A stretch of 50,324 nt of DNA from Candidatus Nanopelagicales bacterium. Its GTDB lineage: Bacteria; Actinomycetota; Actinomycetes; S36-B12. The position numbers were made by a program, and so were the translations under genes. This document shows positions 1 to 11,709 of the stretch, piece after piece. Within the stretch, counting starts at the first letter, position 1. Each line of letters begins with the position of its first letter. The notes below the pieces were generated by a model, which saw only the letters and a program-made list of their open reading frames with translations, was not told where the DNA came from and searched no databases. The stretch spans positions 1 through 50,324 of the forward strand of contig JBPCSL010000115.1 in assembly GCA_051007175.1 (NCBI GenBank), given 5' to 3'.

Positions 1-680
1 TCACAGCCGTGAGCACGGTGGCGGCTTCCCAGATCTCGGCTTCGGTCGGAGCGCCCGTCGGCGTACTCCCCAATGGCATCGATGCAGATGCGTGGCGGGC
101 CTCCGCGCCCTGGCGACAGGAGCCGGGCGTACTGCGCGTCGTGTCGGTCCTGCGACTGGCGCCGCGCAAGCGAGTGGGGGCGCTGCTGCGCGTGCTCGCG
201 CGCGCGAGCGTCCTCCTCGGTCCCGATGTGCGCGTGCAGGCCTGCCTTATCGGCGACGGCCCCGAGCGCTCCCGGGCCGAGCGCCTCGCGGGTCGGCTGG
301 GGCTCGACATCGACTTCGCCGGCCGCCTGGCCCGGGAAGGCATCACGGAGAGGTTCGCCCAGGCCGATGTCTTCGCCCAGGCGTCCGTGCGCGAGTCCTT
401 CGGCATCGCGGCGCTGGAGGCCCGCACGTTCGGCCTGCCCGTGGTCGCCCGGTCGCAGACCGGGACGGGGGAGTTCATCGCCGATGGCGTCAACGGTCTC
501 CTCGCCGGTGACGACGCCGCCCTGGCGGACGCGCTGGCACTTCTCGGCAGGGACCCGGGGCTGCTCGCACGGATGCGCTCCTTCAACGAGACCCATCCCC
601 CCGATCAGGACTGGACATCGGTCTGCGACCGTGCACAGGCCTTCTACCGGCAGGCGGGCGCGGCCGGTGGCAGCGCCTAG
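1..680 (+). CDS. GT4-like glycosyltransferase, C-terminal part (5' end outside window)
   Basis: Frame open from window edge to TAG 678-680. GT-B C-terminal motif region ESFGIAALEARTFGLPVVA...GEFI.DGVNGLL. High GC3. Confidence 0.7.
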   Translation, partial: TAVSTVAASQISASVGAPVGVLPNGIDADAWRASAPWRQEPGVLRVVSVLRLAPRKRVGALLRVLARASVLLGPDVRVQACLIGDGPERSRAERLAGRLGLDIDFAGRLAREGITERFAQADVFAQASVRESFGIAALEARTFGLPVVARSQTGTGEFIADGVNGLLAGDDAALADALALLGRDPGLLARMRSFNETHPPDQDWTSVCDRAQAFYRQAGAAGGSA

Positions 681-690
681 GCTGGGGCGC

Positions 691-1547
691 ATGTCCGGCA
701 ACCGCATCCCCGTCATCCAGGGGCACGGCACCGGCAATGACTTCGTCCTCATCCCCGACCTCGACGGGCAGGTGGACCTCACGGCCGACCTGGTGCGGCG
801 CATCTGCGACCGGCGCACCGGCCTGGGAGCCGATGGCGTCCTGCGGGTCGTGCGCAGCGAGCGTGCCGACGATCCGGCGGCCCAGGGCGCGGAGATCTTC
901 ATGGACTATCGCAATGCCGATGGCTCCGTGGCGCAGATGTGCGGCAATGGCATCAGGCTCTTCGCCGACTACCTCGTGCGAGCGGGGCTTGCCGATCCCG
1001 CCGGGATGGACATCGCGACCCGCGGCGGCGTCCGTCGCGTGGCCCGTCGGTCGGACGGGCTGTATGACGTGGCCATGGGTCCGGCCCAGCCCGTCGAGGG
1101 CGTCGCCACCGTCATGGTGGGTCGCCTCAGCTTCCCCGCGACCGGCGTGCTCATGCCCAATCCCCATGCCGTCGTGTTCGTCGGCTCCCTCGATGCCGCC
1201 GGCACCCTGGAGACGCCGCCCGAGGTGTCGGCCGAGGTCTTCCCTGACGGGGTGAACGTCGAGTTCGTTCACGTGCTGGCGCCCGCCCATCTCGAGATGC
1301 GCGTGCATGAGCGCGGGGTTGGCGAGACCCGGTCGTGCGGCACCGGCGCGTGCGCGGTGGCCTGGGTGGCACGGCGCCTCCCCGGGGCCAGTGACGCCCC
1401 CTATCGCGTCGACGTCCCGGGGGGCACCCTCCTCGTCGCGGAGGCCGAGGACGGCATGCACCTCATCGGTCCCGCCGAGATCGTGTCGGAGGGCTTCCTC
1501 GACGCGGAATGGCTGGCGAGGGCGATGGATGAGTCCAAGGGATCCGC

Positions 1548-1551
<4 letters not shown>
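691..1551 (+). CDS. dapF: Diaminopimelate epimerase
   Basis: ATG at 691 gives MSGNRIPVIQGHGTGNDFVLI. Both catalytic Cys motifs are present (MCGNGIR, SCGTGACA). The longer ORF-track start at 73 overlaps the upstream gene and is rejected. Confidence 0.9.
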
Positions 1552-2905
<1,354 letters not shown>

Positions 2906-2909
<4 letters not shown>

Positions 2910-4855
2910 GCCAGGTCGCCGACGCGCTCGCGCTGGCGGCGGCAGCCCTGGGCGGCACACCGCGCGCAGGGCAGGAGGAGATGGCCCTAGCCGTCGCCGA
3001 GTGCCTCGCCACGGCCCCGCGAGCGCGTCGCGGGGACGGTCCTCCGGCGCACCTGCTCGTCCAGGCAGGCACCGGCACCGGCAAGTCCCTGGCCTACCTG
3101 ACCCCGGCCGCGCTCCACGCGGCAAGCGGCCGGCCCGTGGTCATCTCGACCGCGACACTCGCCCTGCAGCGGCAGCTCGTCGAGCGTGACCTGCCCGTCG
3201 TCTCGGCGGCGCTGGAGCCCCTGCTCGGCCGGCCTCTCACCTATGCCGTCCTCAAGGGGCGGCACAACTACGTGTGCAAGGAGCGACTCCATCGCGCGGG
3301 CGATGACGCCGAGGACGACGACGCCATCTTCGCCGCCCCCCGCACCGAGCTCGGCCGACAGGCCATCGCCGTGCGTCAGTGGGCGCTGGAGACGCAGACT
3401 GGCGATCGCGACGAGTACGGCGAGCCGATCGACGCGCGCGTCTGGCGCGGCCTCTCGGTGGCGCGCCGCGAGTGCGTCGGCGAGTCCAAGTGCGCCTTCG
3501 GTGAGGAGTGCTTCACGGCGCGGCGTCGGGAGATCGCGATGCAGGCTGACATCGTCGTCACCAACCACGCCATGCTCGCCATTCACTATGTCGAGGGCAT
3601 CCCGGTCCTGCCCGAGCACGACGCCCTCGTTGTCGACGAGGCCCACGAGCTCGTGGACCGCATGACGCAGGCGCTCACCATGGAGTTGTCCGCTCGGGCC
3701 GTCGAGACAGCCGCCGGCCGCGCCCGCGCGTACATCACGGCCGAAGCCCTCGACGATCTCCTCGCGGCGGGAGAGGAGCTCGCGGAGGCACTGAAGGGCA
3801 TCGACGGACGATTCCGCGAGCCAGGTCGCGACCTCACCCTGGCTCTCACCCGCGTGCGCGACGCCGCCCGGGTGGCCGTGGGGCAGATCGGCTCCGAGGA
3901 CGATCTCGACACCCTGGCCGCCCGCCAGCGTGCGCGGGGAGCACTCGACGAGGTCTTCGACGCCGCGGGCCGGCTCCTCGCGGCGACCCCGCAGGAGGTC
4001 ACGTGGGGCGACGGCAGCGGGACTGCGTGCCTGGCACCCCTCGATGTCTCCGGACTCATGCGCAACGGGCTCTTCGCCGAGCGCCCGGCCGTCCTCACCA
4101 GCGCGACGCTCACGGCGGCAGGTGGCTTCGACGCCGTGGCCACGGCCCTCGGCCTGCAGCCCGGTGACCTCGAGTGGCAGGGCCTCGACGTGGGGAGCCC
4201 CTTCGACTACGCGCGCCAGGGCATTCTCTATGTCGCTCGGCACCTGCCGCCCCCGGGGCGCGAGGGCATCCCCGAGGAGTCCCTCGATGAGGTCGGTGCC
4301 CTCATCGAGGCCGCAGGCGGGCGCACCCTGGTGCTGTGCTCGTCCTGGCGTGCGGTGGAGCGCATCGGCGACTACCTGCGCGTGCGCGGTGTCGAAGACG
4401 TCCTCGTTCAGCGACGCGGGGACACCGTCGCGCCCCTCGTGGAGAGATTCGCCGCGGAGCGTGACTCCAGCCTCGTCGGCACCCTGTCGCTGTGGCAGGG
4501 AGTCGACGTGCCGGGCGCGACCTGCAGTCTCGTCATCATCGATCGCATCCCATTCCCGCGACCTGATGACCCGGTGGTGTCGGCGCGGCAGGACGCGGTG
4601 GACGCCGCTGGAGGAAGCGGATTCGCCGCGGTGTCGCTGCCTCGGGCGGGTCTCATGCTCGCGCAGGGAGCCGGGCGCCTCATCCGCGATACCGCGGACC
4701 GCGGCGTGGTCGCGGTGCTGGACCCTCGCCTCGCCACGGCCGGCTATGCACGTCGCCTGCGCGACTCCCTGCCCCCGCTGTGGTTCACGACGGATCGCGA
4801 GGCCGCACTCGGCGCGCTGCGCCGGCTGCGCGAGGAGGTCAGACCCGGCGGATGA
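2906..4855 (+). CDS. ATP-dependent DNA helicase, DinG/Rad3-like
   Basis: GTGA overlap with the hflX stop. Walker [13 protein letters not shown] and DEAH box VVDEAHEL. Cys-rich stretch (CKE...C..ESKC..GEEC) resembles an Fe-S helicase insert. Conserved position next to lexA. Confidence 0.8.
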
Positions 4856-5525
4856 CGGTGACGACCTTGCCGAGGATCGTGGCGTGGTCGCCGTCGATGG
4901 GGGAGTACGCGGGGTTGTGCGGCATCAGCCAGGTGTGGCCATCGCGGCGGCTCAGGGTCTTGACGGTCGCCTCGTCATCCAGCAGAGCGGCCACGATCTC
5001 GCCATTGTCGGCCGTCGGCTGACGGCGTACGACGACCCAGTCGCCGTCGCAGATGGCGGCGTCGACCATGGAGTCTCCGACGACGCGCAGCAGGAAGAGC
5101 TCCCCATCGCCCACGACCTCGCGCGGCAGCGGGAAGACGGTCTCCACGGCCTCCTCCGCGAGGATGGGCCCACCGGCCGCGATGCGGCCGAGGACGGGGA
5201 CATAGGCCGCATCCGGACGCGCATCGCCACTGCCGGTGGCGTCGACCTCGACAGGCGCCGCGCCGGCATCCGGATCAGAGACGACGAGAGCGCGCGGGCG
5301 ATGAGGGTCGCGTCGCAGCATGCCCTTCTTCTCGAGCACCCCCAGCTGGTGCGCCACGCTCGAGGGGGAGGTCAGCCCGACGGCCTCGCCAATCTCTCGG
5401 ACGCTCGGGGGATAGCCGCGCTCGTCGACCGTGCGCCGGATGACGTCGAGGATGTCCCGCTGGCGCCGGGTGAGGCCCTCACCGAAGTCGGCCTCGGCAG
5501 CGTCGGCGGCGGGTGGGCGGGCCAT
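4839..5525 (-). CDS. lexA: LexA repressor (SOS regulator, S24 peptidase)
   Basis: w[34 protein letters not shown]. Cleavage and catalytic region AAG...GDSM...K. Its 3' end overlaps the convergent helicase gene by 17 nt. Confidence 0.95.
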   Translation of the reverse strand: MARPPAADAAEADFGEGLTRRQRDILDVIRRTVDERGYPPSVREIGEAVGLTSPSSVAHQLGVLEKKGMLRRDPHRPRALVVSDPDAGAAPVEVDATGSGDARPDAAYVPVLGRIAAGGPILAEEAVETVFPLPREVVGDGELFLLRVVGDSMVDAAICDGDWVVVRRQPTADNGEIVAALLDDEATVKTLSRRDGHTWLMPHNPAYSPIDGDHATILGKVVTVIRRV

Positions 5526-5612
5526 GAGTCCTCCTGCGATCGGTGGGCGGTGTCAGACCCCTGGGGGAGCCTGAGTCCGTGACCACGACGGTAGCGACGC
5601 GACACGCCCATT

Positions 5613-5628
5613 TCAAACACCTGTTCGA
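5613..5628. promoter_or_regulatory. SOS box 1 (LexA operator), TCAAACacctGTTCGA
   Basis: Matches the actinobacterial LexA consensus TCGAAC-N4-GTTCGA at 11/12 positions. Lies in the lexA/LysM divergent intergenic region. Confidence 0.75.
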
Positions 5629-5680
5629 TAAATCCTGGACGTGTCGTGGGGCTTGTGGTACCAATGGTACAGGTGTTCGA

Positions 5681-5696
5681 ACGAACACGCGTTCGA
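5681..5696. promoter_or_regulatory. SOS box 2 (LexA operator), aCGAACacgcGTTCGA
   Basis: 11/12 match to TCGAAC-N4-GTTCGA, about 30 nt upstream of the LysM gene start. Confidence 0.75.
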
Positions 5697-5728
5697 CCCC
5701 TCCGGGGGTCCACGAGAAGGGAGAGGCC

Positions 5729-6079
5729 ATGGCCCTCGCCTACGCCCCCGCGATCACCCCCCGACGCTGCCGCGCCGACCAGCAGGCCGGCCCGTCCCTG
5801 CGCCTCACCCGCCGGGGGCGCCTTGCCATCGTGGCCCTGGCGGCGCTGGCCCTCCTCGTCCTCGGCCCCTGGCGGGCCATGGCGGGGGCTCCGGCCGGCA
5901 CGATTCCCACGGGGTGGACCACGGTGACGGTGGCGCCTGGCGACACCCTGTGGGGCATTGCCGAGGCGGCAGATCCCGGTGCCGACCCCCGGGCACTCAT
6001 CGCCGAGATCAAGGAGGCCAACCACCTCCCCGCCTCGGTGCTGACCCCGGGTCAGCAGCTCGCTGTGCCGGTCCACTAG
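5729..6079 (+). CDS. LysM-domain membrane protein (ChiZ/Rv2719c-like, probably SOS-induced)
   Basis: ATG 5729 preceded by GAAGGGAGAGG. TM segment LAIVALAALALLVLGPW. C-terminal LysM TVAPGDTLWGIAE...LTPGQQLAVP. Same lexA-divergent, nrdR-upstream position as the mycobacterial gene. Confidence 0.75.
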   Translation: MALAYAPAITPRRCRADQQAGPSLRLTRRGRLAIVALAALALLVLGPWRAMAGAPAGTIPTGWTTVTVAPGDTLWGIAEAADPGADPRALIAEIKEANHLPASVLTPGQQLAVPVH

Positions 6080-6329
6080 CCCGTCACCGCGAGTTCCCCG
6101 CGCCGCCACCCGACGGTGCCCCTGAGACCCGTGGGGCGAGCGAGGCGAACGCGACACGCCCAGCGGAGGTCTTGCGCGGAAACGTCAGAGGGTCTAGGGT
6201 CCCCGCTACATCTAGTAGTGACACCGGTGTAGTTCCTCCACAGGTTGTGGTCGGATCCTCACAGGATGTCCCCACGTGATCCACAGGCCCATCCACGGAT
6301 GGGCCCGTCGCGCCTCGGAGGGAGGGTCC

Positions 6330-6818
6330 ATGCGCTGCCCGTATTGCCGTGACACCGACTCCCGGGTCCTGGACTCCCGCACGGCCGACGACGGCGCGGC
6401 CATCCGCCGCCGCCGGGAGTGCCAGTCCTGCGGCCGCCGGTTCACCACCGCCGAGACCGCCGTCCTGTCCGTGGTCAAGCGATCCGGGGCCAGCGAGGCC
6501 TTCAGCCGCGCCAAGGTCGTCTCGGGGGTGCGCAAGGCGTGCCAGGGCCGCCCCGTGAGCGAGGACGACCTCGCTCTCCTCGCCCAGAAGGTCGAGGACG
6601 CCGTGCGCGCCGCGGGAGCAGCGGAGGTCCCGTCCGCGGACGTCGGCGTGGCGATCCTGGGGCCGCTACGGGAGCTCGACGAGGTCGCCTACCTGCGCTT
6701 CGCGTCCGTCTACCGCAGCTTCGACACCCTCGAGGACTTCGAGGCCGAGATCTCTCTGCTCCGCTCCGAGGCCGCCCTGGCGGCCGAGGACAGTCCGACC
6801 CTGCCCACCACCACCTGA
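6330..6818 (+). CDS. nrdR: Transcriptional repressor NrdR (Zn-ribbon + ATP-cone)
   Basis: [17 protein letters not shown]...[10 protein letters not shown] Zn ribbon followed by an ATP-cone. RBS GGAGGGAGGG lies before ATG 6330. Confidence 0.95.
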   Translation: MRCPYCRDTDSRVLDSRTADDGAAIRRRRECQSCGRRFTTAETAVLSVVKRSGASEAFSRAKVVSGVRKACQGRPVSEDDLALLAQKVEDAVRAAGAAEVPSADVGVAILGPLRELDEVAYLRFASVYRSFDTLEDFEAEISLLRSEAALAAEDSPTLPTTT

Positions 6819-6831
6819 GGAGACACCCCGC

Positions 6832-9636
6832 ATGTCCAAGATCATCAACGAGCCGAAGGTCGCCTCTGGCACAGGGCTCACGCTGCAGCGCCTTTACACG
6901 ACACCGGGTGTCCACCCCTACGACGAGGTGAACTGGGAGCGTCGCGACGTCGTGCAGACCAACTGGAAGACCGGCGAGGCCGTGTTCGAGCAGCGGGGCG
7001 TGGAGTTCCCCGACTTCTGGAGCATCAACGCCTCGACGATCGTCACCACCAAGTACTTCCGTGGCGCCGTGGGCAGCGACGCGCGGGAGTCGAGCCTGCG
7101 CCAACTCATCGACCGGGTGGTCCTCACCTACACCAAGGCGGGCCGTGAGTTCGGCTACTTCGCGACACCTCAGGACGCGGAGATCTTCGAGCACGAGCTC
7201 ACCTGGATGCTCCTGCACCAGGTCTTCAGCTTCAACTCGCCCGTGTGGTTCAACGTCGGCACGCCGTCCCCGCAGCAGGTCTCGGCCTGCTTCATCCTGG
7301 CGGTCGACGACACCATGGACTCGATCCTCAACTGGTACCGCGAGGAGGGCCTGATCTTCAAGGGCGGCTCGGGTGCCGGCCTCAACCTCTCGCGCATCCG
7401 CTCCTCGAAGGAGCTGCTGTCGTCCGGCGGCACCGCCTCGGGCCCGGTGTCGTTCATGCGGGGCGCCGACGCCTCCGCCGGCACCATCAAGTCGGGCGGC
7501 GCCACCCGTCGCGCCGCCAAGATGGTCGTCCTCGACGTCGATCACCCCGATATCGAGGAGTTCATCGAGACCAAGGTGCGCGAGGAGGACAAGATTCGCG
7601 CCCTCCGCGATGCGGGCTTCGACATGGATCTCGGCGGCGCCGACATCACCTCGGTCCAGTACCAGAACGCCAACAATTCCGTGCGCGTCTCCGACACCTT
7701 CATGCGCGCGGTCGAGGAGGGCACCGAGTTCGGCCTGCGCGGCCGCAAGACCGGTGAGGTCATCGAGACCCTCGACGCCAAGACGCTCTTCCGCACGATG
7801 AGCGAGGCAGCCTGGGCGTGCGCCGATCCCGGCATCCAGTACGACGACACGATCAACGACTGGCACACCAACCCCGAGACCGGTCGCATCACAGCCTCCA
7901 ATCCGTGCTCCGAGTACATGAGCCTCGACAACTCCTCCTGCAATCTCGCGTCCCTCAACCTGCTGAAGTTCCTCAAGGAGGACGGCACCTTCGACGCCGA
8001 GACCTTCCGCCGCGCGGTCGAGTTCGTCATCACGGCTATGGACATCTCCATCTGCTTCGCCGACTTCCCGACCGAGGCGATCGGTCGCACGACGCGCGAC
8101 TACCGCCAGCTCGGCATCGGCTACGCCAACCTCGGCGCCCTTCTCATGGCGGTCGGCCTGCCCTACGACTCCGAGGGCGGCCGTGCGCTCGCGGCGGCGA
8201 TCACGTCGGTAATGACCGGTACGTCGTACCGCCGCAGCGCCGAGCTCGCCAGCATCGTGGGCCCCTACGAGGGCTACGCCCGCAATGCCGAGGCGCACAA
8301 GCGCGTCATGCGCAAGCATGCCGCGGCCACCGACGCCGTCCGCTCGGTCACGAGCCTCGACGGAGACGTGCTCAAGGTCGCGGAGCGCGAGTGGGCCGAG
8401 AGCCTGCGCGTCGGCGAGGTCAACGGCTGGCGCAACGCTCAGGCCTCCGTGCTCGCCCCCACGGGCACGATCGGCTTCATGATGGACTGCGACACCACGG
8501 GCGTCGAGCCGGACTTCTCGCTGGTGAAGTTCAAGAAGCTCGTCGGTGGCGGCTCGATGCAGATCGTCAACCAGACGATCCCGCTCGCCCTCAAGCGTCT
8601 CGGCTATGCCGACGAGACGATCGAGGCCATCATCGAGTACATCTCCGAGAACGGCCACGTCGTCGACGCCCCCGGTCTCAAGACCGAGCACTACGCCGTC
8701 TTCGACACGGCCATGGGGCAGCGCGCCATCACCCCGATGGGCCACGTGCGCATGATGGCCGCGGTGCAGCCGTTCCTGTCCGGGGCCATCTCCAAGACCG
8801 TCAACATGCCGGAGACGGCGACGGTCGAAGAGGTCGAGGAGATCTACTTCCAGGGCTGGAAGATGGGCCTCAAGGCCCTCGCCATCTACCGCGACAACTG
8901 CAAGGTCGGCCAGCCGCTCTCGGATGCCAAGGCGAAGCCCTCCGACGTGGCCGGCGACGAGACGGTTGTGATCGAGCACCGCCCGGTGCGCCAGCGCCTG
9001 CCGAAGTCGCGCCCGTCGCGCACGACCTCGTTCAGCGTCGCCGGCGCCGAGGGCTACATGACCGCCGGCTCCTACCCTGACGACGGCCTCGGCGAGGTCT
9101 TCCTCAAGCTCGGCAAGCAGGGATCCACGCTCGCCGGGGTGATGGATGCCTTCTCCATCGCGATCTCCATCGCGCTGCAGTACGGCGTGCCGCTGGAGGC
9201 CTTCGTCTCGAAGTTCGTCAACATGAAGTTCGAGCCGGCCGGCCTCACCGACGATCCCGACATCCGCATGTCGCAGTCGATCATGGACTACATCTTCCGC
9301 AGGCTTGCGCTGGATTACCTGCCCGCGGAGAAGCGCGCCGAGCTCGGCATCTTCACCGCCGAGGAGCGCGCGGCGACGGTGGCTGCGACCTACGGCGCCC
9401 CGGCTGCGGCCGCGGTGGTCGAGGACGAGGTTGTCGCCGATGCGGTTGTCGAGGAGGCGGCCCCGGCCGCTCCGGCGGCGGCTCCGGCCAACGTCCACTC
9501 CTCGGCCGAGCTGCTCGAGGCACTCACCGGCACCGCATCGGACGCACCGCTGTGCATGACCTGCGGCGTGAAGATGCGGCCTGCGGGCTCCTGCTACGTG
9601 TGCGAGGGCTGCGGGAGCACTTCTGGCTGCAGCTAA
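6832..9636 (+). CDS. nrdJ: Adenosylcobalamin-dependent ribonucleotide reductase (class II)
   Basis: 934 aa. N-terminus ...YTTPGVHPYDEVNWERRDVV...TTKYFRG, active-site SNPCSEY, C-terminal Cys-rich tail CMTCG...CYVCEGCGSTSGCS. nrdR-nrdJ operon layout as in Streptomyces. Confidence 0.93.
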   Translation: MSKIINEPKVASGTGLTLQRLYTTPGVHPYDEVNWERRDVVQTNWKTGEAVFEQRGVEFPDFWSINASTIVTTKYFRGAVGSDARESSLRQLIDRVVLTYTKAGREFGYFATPQDAEIFEHELTWMLLHQVFSFNSPVWFNVGTPSPQQVSACFILAVDDTMDSILNWYREEGLIFKGGSGAGLNLSRIRSSKELLSSGGTASGPVSFMRGADASAGTIKSGGATRRAAKMVVLDVDHPDIEEFIETKVREEDKIRALRDAGFDMDLGGADITSVQYQNANNSVRVSDTFMRAVEEGTEFGLRGRKTGEVIETLDAKTLFRTMSEAAWACADPGIQYDDTINDWHTNPETGRITASNPCSEYMSLDNSSCNLASLNLLKFLKEDGTFDAETFRRAVEFVITAMDISICFADFPTEAIGRTTRDYRQLGIGYANLGALLMAVGLPYDSEGGRALAAAITSVMTGTSYRRSAELASIVGPYEGYARNAEAHKRVMRKHAAATDAVRSVTSLDGDVLKVAEREWAESLRVGEVNGWRNAQASVLAPTGTIGFMMDCDTTGVEPDFSLVKFKKLVGGGSMQIVNQTIPLALKRLGYADETIEAIIEYISENGHVVDAPGLKTEHYAVFDTAMGQRAITPMGHVRMMAAVQPFLSGAISKTVNMPETATVEEVEEIYFQGWKMGLKALAIYRDNCKVGQPLSDAKAKPSDVAGDETVVIEHRPVRQRLPKSRPSRTTSFSVAGAEGYMTAGSYPDDGLGEVFLKLGKQGSTLAGVMDAFSIAISIALQYGVPLEAFVSKFVNMKFEPAGLTDDPDIRMSQSIMDYIFRRLALDYLPAEKRAELGIFTAEERAATVAATYGAPAAAAVVEDEVVADAVVEEAAPAAPAAAPANVHSSAELLEALTGTASDAPLCMTCGVKMRPAGSCYVCEGCGSTSGCS

Positions 9637-9652
9637 GACCGACCATGACGGG

Positions 9653-9682
9653 ACCCCCGCGCCGGCTGAGCCGGGCGGGGGT
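9653..9682. terminator. GC-rich hairpin between convergent nrdJ and the amine oxidase gene
   Basis: ACCCCCGCGCCGGC-tga-GCCGGGCGGGGGT, a ~13-bp stem with one bulge. No clear U-tract, which is usual for high-GC actinobacteria. Confidence 0.5.
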
Positions 9683-9740
9683 TCCGCCTGTCGTGGCATC
9701 GTCACAGGCTCGGTTCGCGCCGGTGACGATCACGACTCCC

Positions 9741-11621
9741 TCAGTGGCAGTGGCCCGGCTGCGGGGCGACGTCGATGCCGGGGCTGCGTCGGAAGAACCC
9801 GACGGGCTTGAGTTGGAATCCGACGCGTTCGACCGGCATGACCGGCCAGTCCTCGGTGCGCGGGATGTGATTGGTGCCGAAGACGTACCAGAGCACGACA
9901 TCCTCATCGACCAGTGAGCGATCCGCGGCGGTCCACGCGGGCAGGCCCGCGCCGCCCGGATGCATGAAGGGGAAGTCCCCCGCGGGGTAGCGCTCCTCCT
10001 CGCGGTAGGGCGTCACCCAGAGGTGGTGATACATGAAGGCCGCGCGCCGGCCGATGAGCGACTCCGGGTCGGCCATGGGGAAGGTCGTGTGGCCGGGCAC
10101 GAGCTTGTAGCCCGTCTGCTGGCCGCCCCGGCGGTGGACGACCTTCCAGTAGCGGTTGGCGAGGGGATCGATCTCCCGCTGGGCGCGCAACTCCGAGTCG
10201 AGGACTGTCTCCCGGACCGTGTACGCCGCGCCGTGGGGATTGCGGTCTCCGGGCGGCAAGGGGACTGCGTCGACCTCGAGGACCGCATTGGGCCCGCCGT
10301 CCACGTCGAGGTCGAGCCGGGCGCAGAAGATGTGCTGGTGATACGGGGCGAAGAGTCCCGGCTCCAACTCGGTGGCGGAGTCGCCGGGCTGTCCCGGTGT
10401 CCCGCCCGTGGTGAGCACGATGCCGGTGAGTTTGGCCTCGAACTCGATCGAGCCGTCCTGGTAGAAGTACCAGAAGTAGCCGTACTCGTAGTTGTTGACG
10501 GTGACGATCGACGAGGCGACGAAGCGTCGCGAACGACGTACCTCGACATGGCCGGTCTCGTCGGTGTGCTTCCAGAGGATGCCGTGGTCCTCCTCATGCA
10601 GGCAGATGCCCTGCGGGACGGTCCGCACGCGGCCGTCCGGATCGAGCAGGTCGACGTCGAGGTAGACGATCTCGCCGAGGCAGTCGCAGCCGAGTTGCAG
10701 TGAGTTGGTGTAGCTGCCGAGGCCGAACTCTCCGGTGTCGAAGGCCTGCTTGCGGTGCGCCTCGGGGGAGGGATCGCCGTAGGGGATCACCAGTTCGGCC
10801 ACCGACATGCGATGGGCGATGCGGCGCTCGCGCCCCTCGTCGATGAAGCGCACGTCGTGGATGACGAGGCCCTCGCGCTGGTCGAATCCGATGCGCAGCC
10901 GCCAGCGCTCCCAGGCGATGGCCCACCCGTCGACGGTGAAGGAAGGGCCGTCCGGCTGGGTGATCGCCAGCTCCCGCAGGGTCACCTGCCCGCCGGTCTG
11001 GTCGCTGCGGTAGGGACCGGACGTGTCGGGGATCGGGATGAGGGCGTCATCCTCCACGGCGAGCACCTCGGCGGTATCGAGGTCGACGATCGCGCGCAGG
11101 CCGCTGATGGGATGGGCGTAGACATTCGCGCCCGGCTCGGGCCGGTGCCACATCGGTGTCCAGACCAGGCGCCGACCGGCGTCCATCCCCTCCGGGACGG
11201 TGACCCCGAAGGGCCAGGTCTCCAGGTGCACGGTTGAAGGGTTGTCGATGCCCCGGGCGGCCAAGGCGGTGGCCAGCCGAGGATCGGCCCGGACGGATTC
11301 GATGGCGCGCGCGGATTCGGTGCTCATCACGGGGGCCACCGCCCCCGGCCGGAGTCGCTCGGACACGACGGTTCCTCCGGCGGCTCCGATCGATACCAGC
11401 ACTTCGGTGACCTCGCGCGTGACGCGATTCCACAGGGTGATGCGGGTGACGCGGGGAAGGGGATCGCCGGGCGCCCACGGCACGGTGAGTTCCTTGGCGG
11501 GCTCGTCCAATTGCGCGAAGGCGATCTCGACCTCGGGGCCGCGCAGTCCGGCCGCGTCGAGGGTCGCCACGACCGCCGTCAACTCCGCGGCGCTCAGCGG
11601 GTCCAGGGGATGGGTCGCCAT
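9741..11621 (-). CDS. Copper-containing primary amine oxidase (topaquinone enzyme)
   Basis: 626 aa. TPQ precursor motif TVNNYEYGYFWYFYQDGSIEF. His-rich copper site region (HQHIF, H.W.). Similar to the Arthrobacter AGAO type. Confidence 0.9.
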   Translation of the reverse strand: MATHPLDPLSAAELTAVVATLDAAGLRGPEVEIAFAQLDEPAKELTVPWAPGDPLPRVTRITLWNRVTREVTEVLVSIGAAGGTVVSERLRPGAVAPVMSTESARAIESVRADPRLATALAARGIDNPSTVHLETWPFGVTVPEGMDAGRRLVWTPMWHRPEPGANVYAHPISGLRAIVDLDTAEVLAVEDDALIPIPDTSGPYRSDQTGGQVTLRELAITQPDGPSFTVDGWAIAWERWRLRIGFDQREGLVIHDVRFIDEGRERRIAHRMSVAELVIPYGDPSPEAHRKQAFDTGEFGLGSYTNSLQLGCDCLGEIVYLDVDLLDPDGRVRTVPQGICLHEEDHGILWKHTDETGHVEVRRSRRFVASSIVTVNNYEYGYFWYFYQDGSIEFEAKLTGIVLTTGGTPGQPGDSATELEPGLFAPYHQHIFCARLDLDVDGGPNAVLEVDAVPLPPGDRNPHGAAYTVRETVLDSELRAQREIDPLANRYWKVVHRRGGQQTGYKLVPGHTTFPMADPESLIGRRAAFMYHHLWVTPYREEERYPAGDFPFMHPGGAGLPAWTAADRSLVDEDVVLWYVFGTNHIPRTEDWPVMPVERVGFQLKPVGFFRRSPGIDVAPQPGHCH

Positions 11622-11709
11622 GCGGCCACCCTAGGCGGCGATGGCTCGGATGACTGCCGCTGCTCGGATCGGCAGGCTTGGGCGCCACTCGCCTGACTAT
11701 CGTGGAGGG

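Noticed and set aside
73-690. N-terminal extensions offered by the ORF track. Examples are dapF from 73, sigA from 25597, dioxygenase 1 from 37322, dioxygenase 2 from 38413, the PPDK_N protein from 40036, the Rieske oxygenase from 43294, the sucrase/ferredoxin-like gene to 48851, the acetaldehyde DH to 35633 and the AI-2E permease to 17841.
   Set aside because: The extensions overlap well-supported upstream genes in other frames and are Arg/Pro-rich junk. In each case an internal ATG or GTG with an RBS or a 4-nt stop/start overlap gives the canonical protein N-terminus.
6502-9705. 1067-aa ORF antisense to nrdR/nrdJ. Similar long antisense ORFs occur at 22727-24889 (opposite metY/metX), 11047-12879, 16483-17955, 17917-19683, 29662-31077, 40780-41772, 42908-43948 and 43954-45423.
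   Set aside because: These are typical stop-codon-poor shadow frames of a high-GC genome. Their composition is Arg/Gly/Pro/Asp-rich and low in complexity, they have no recognisable motifs, and each lies opposite a gene with strong motif support.
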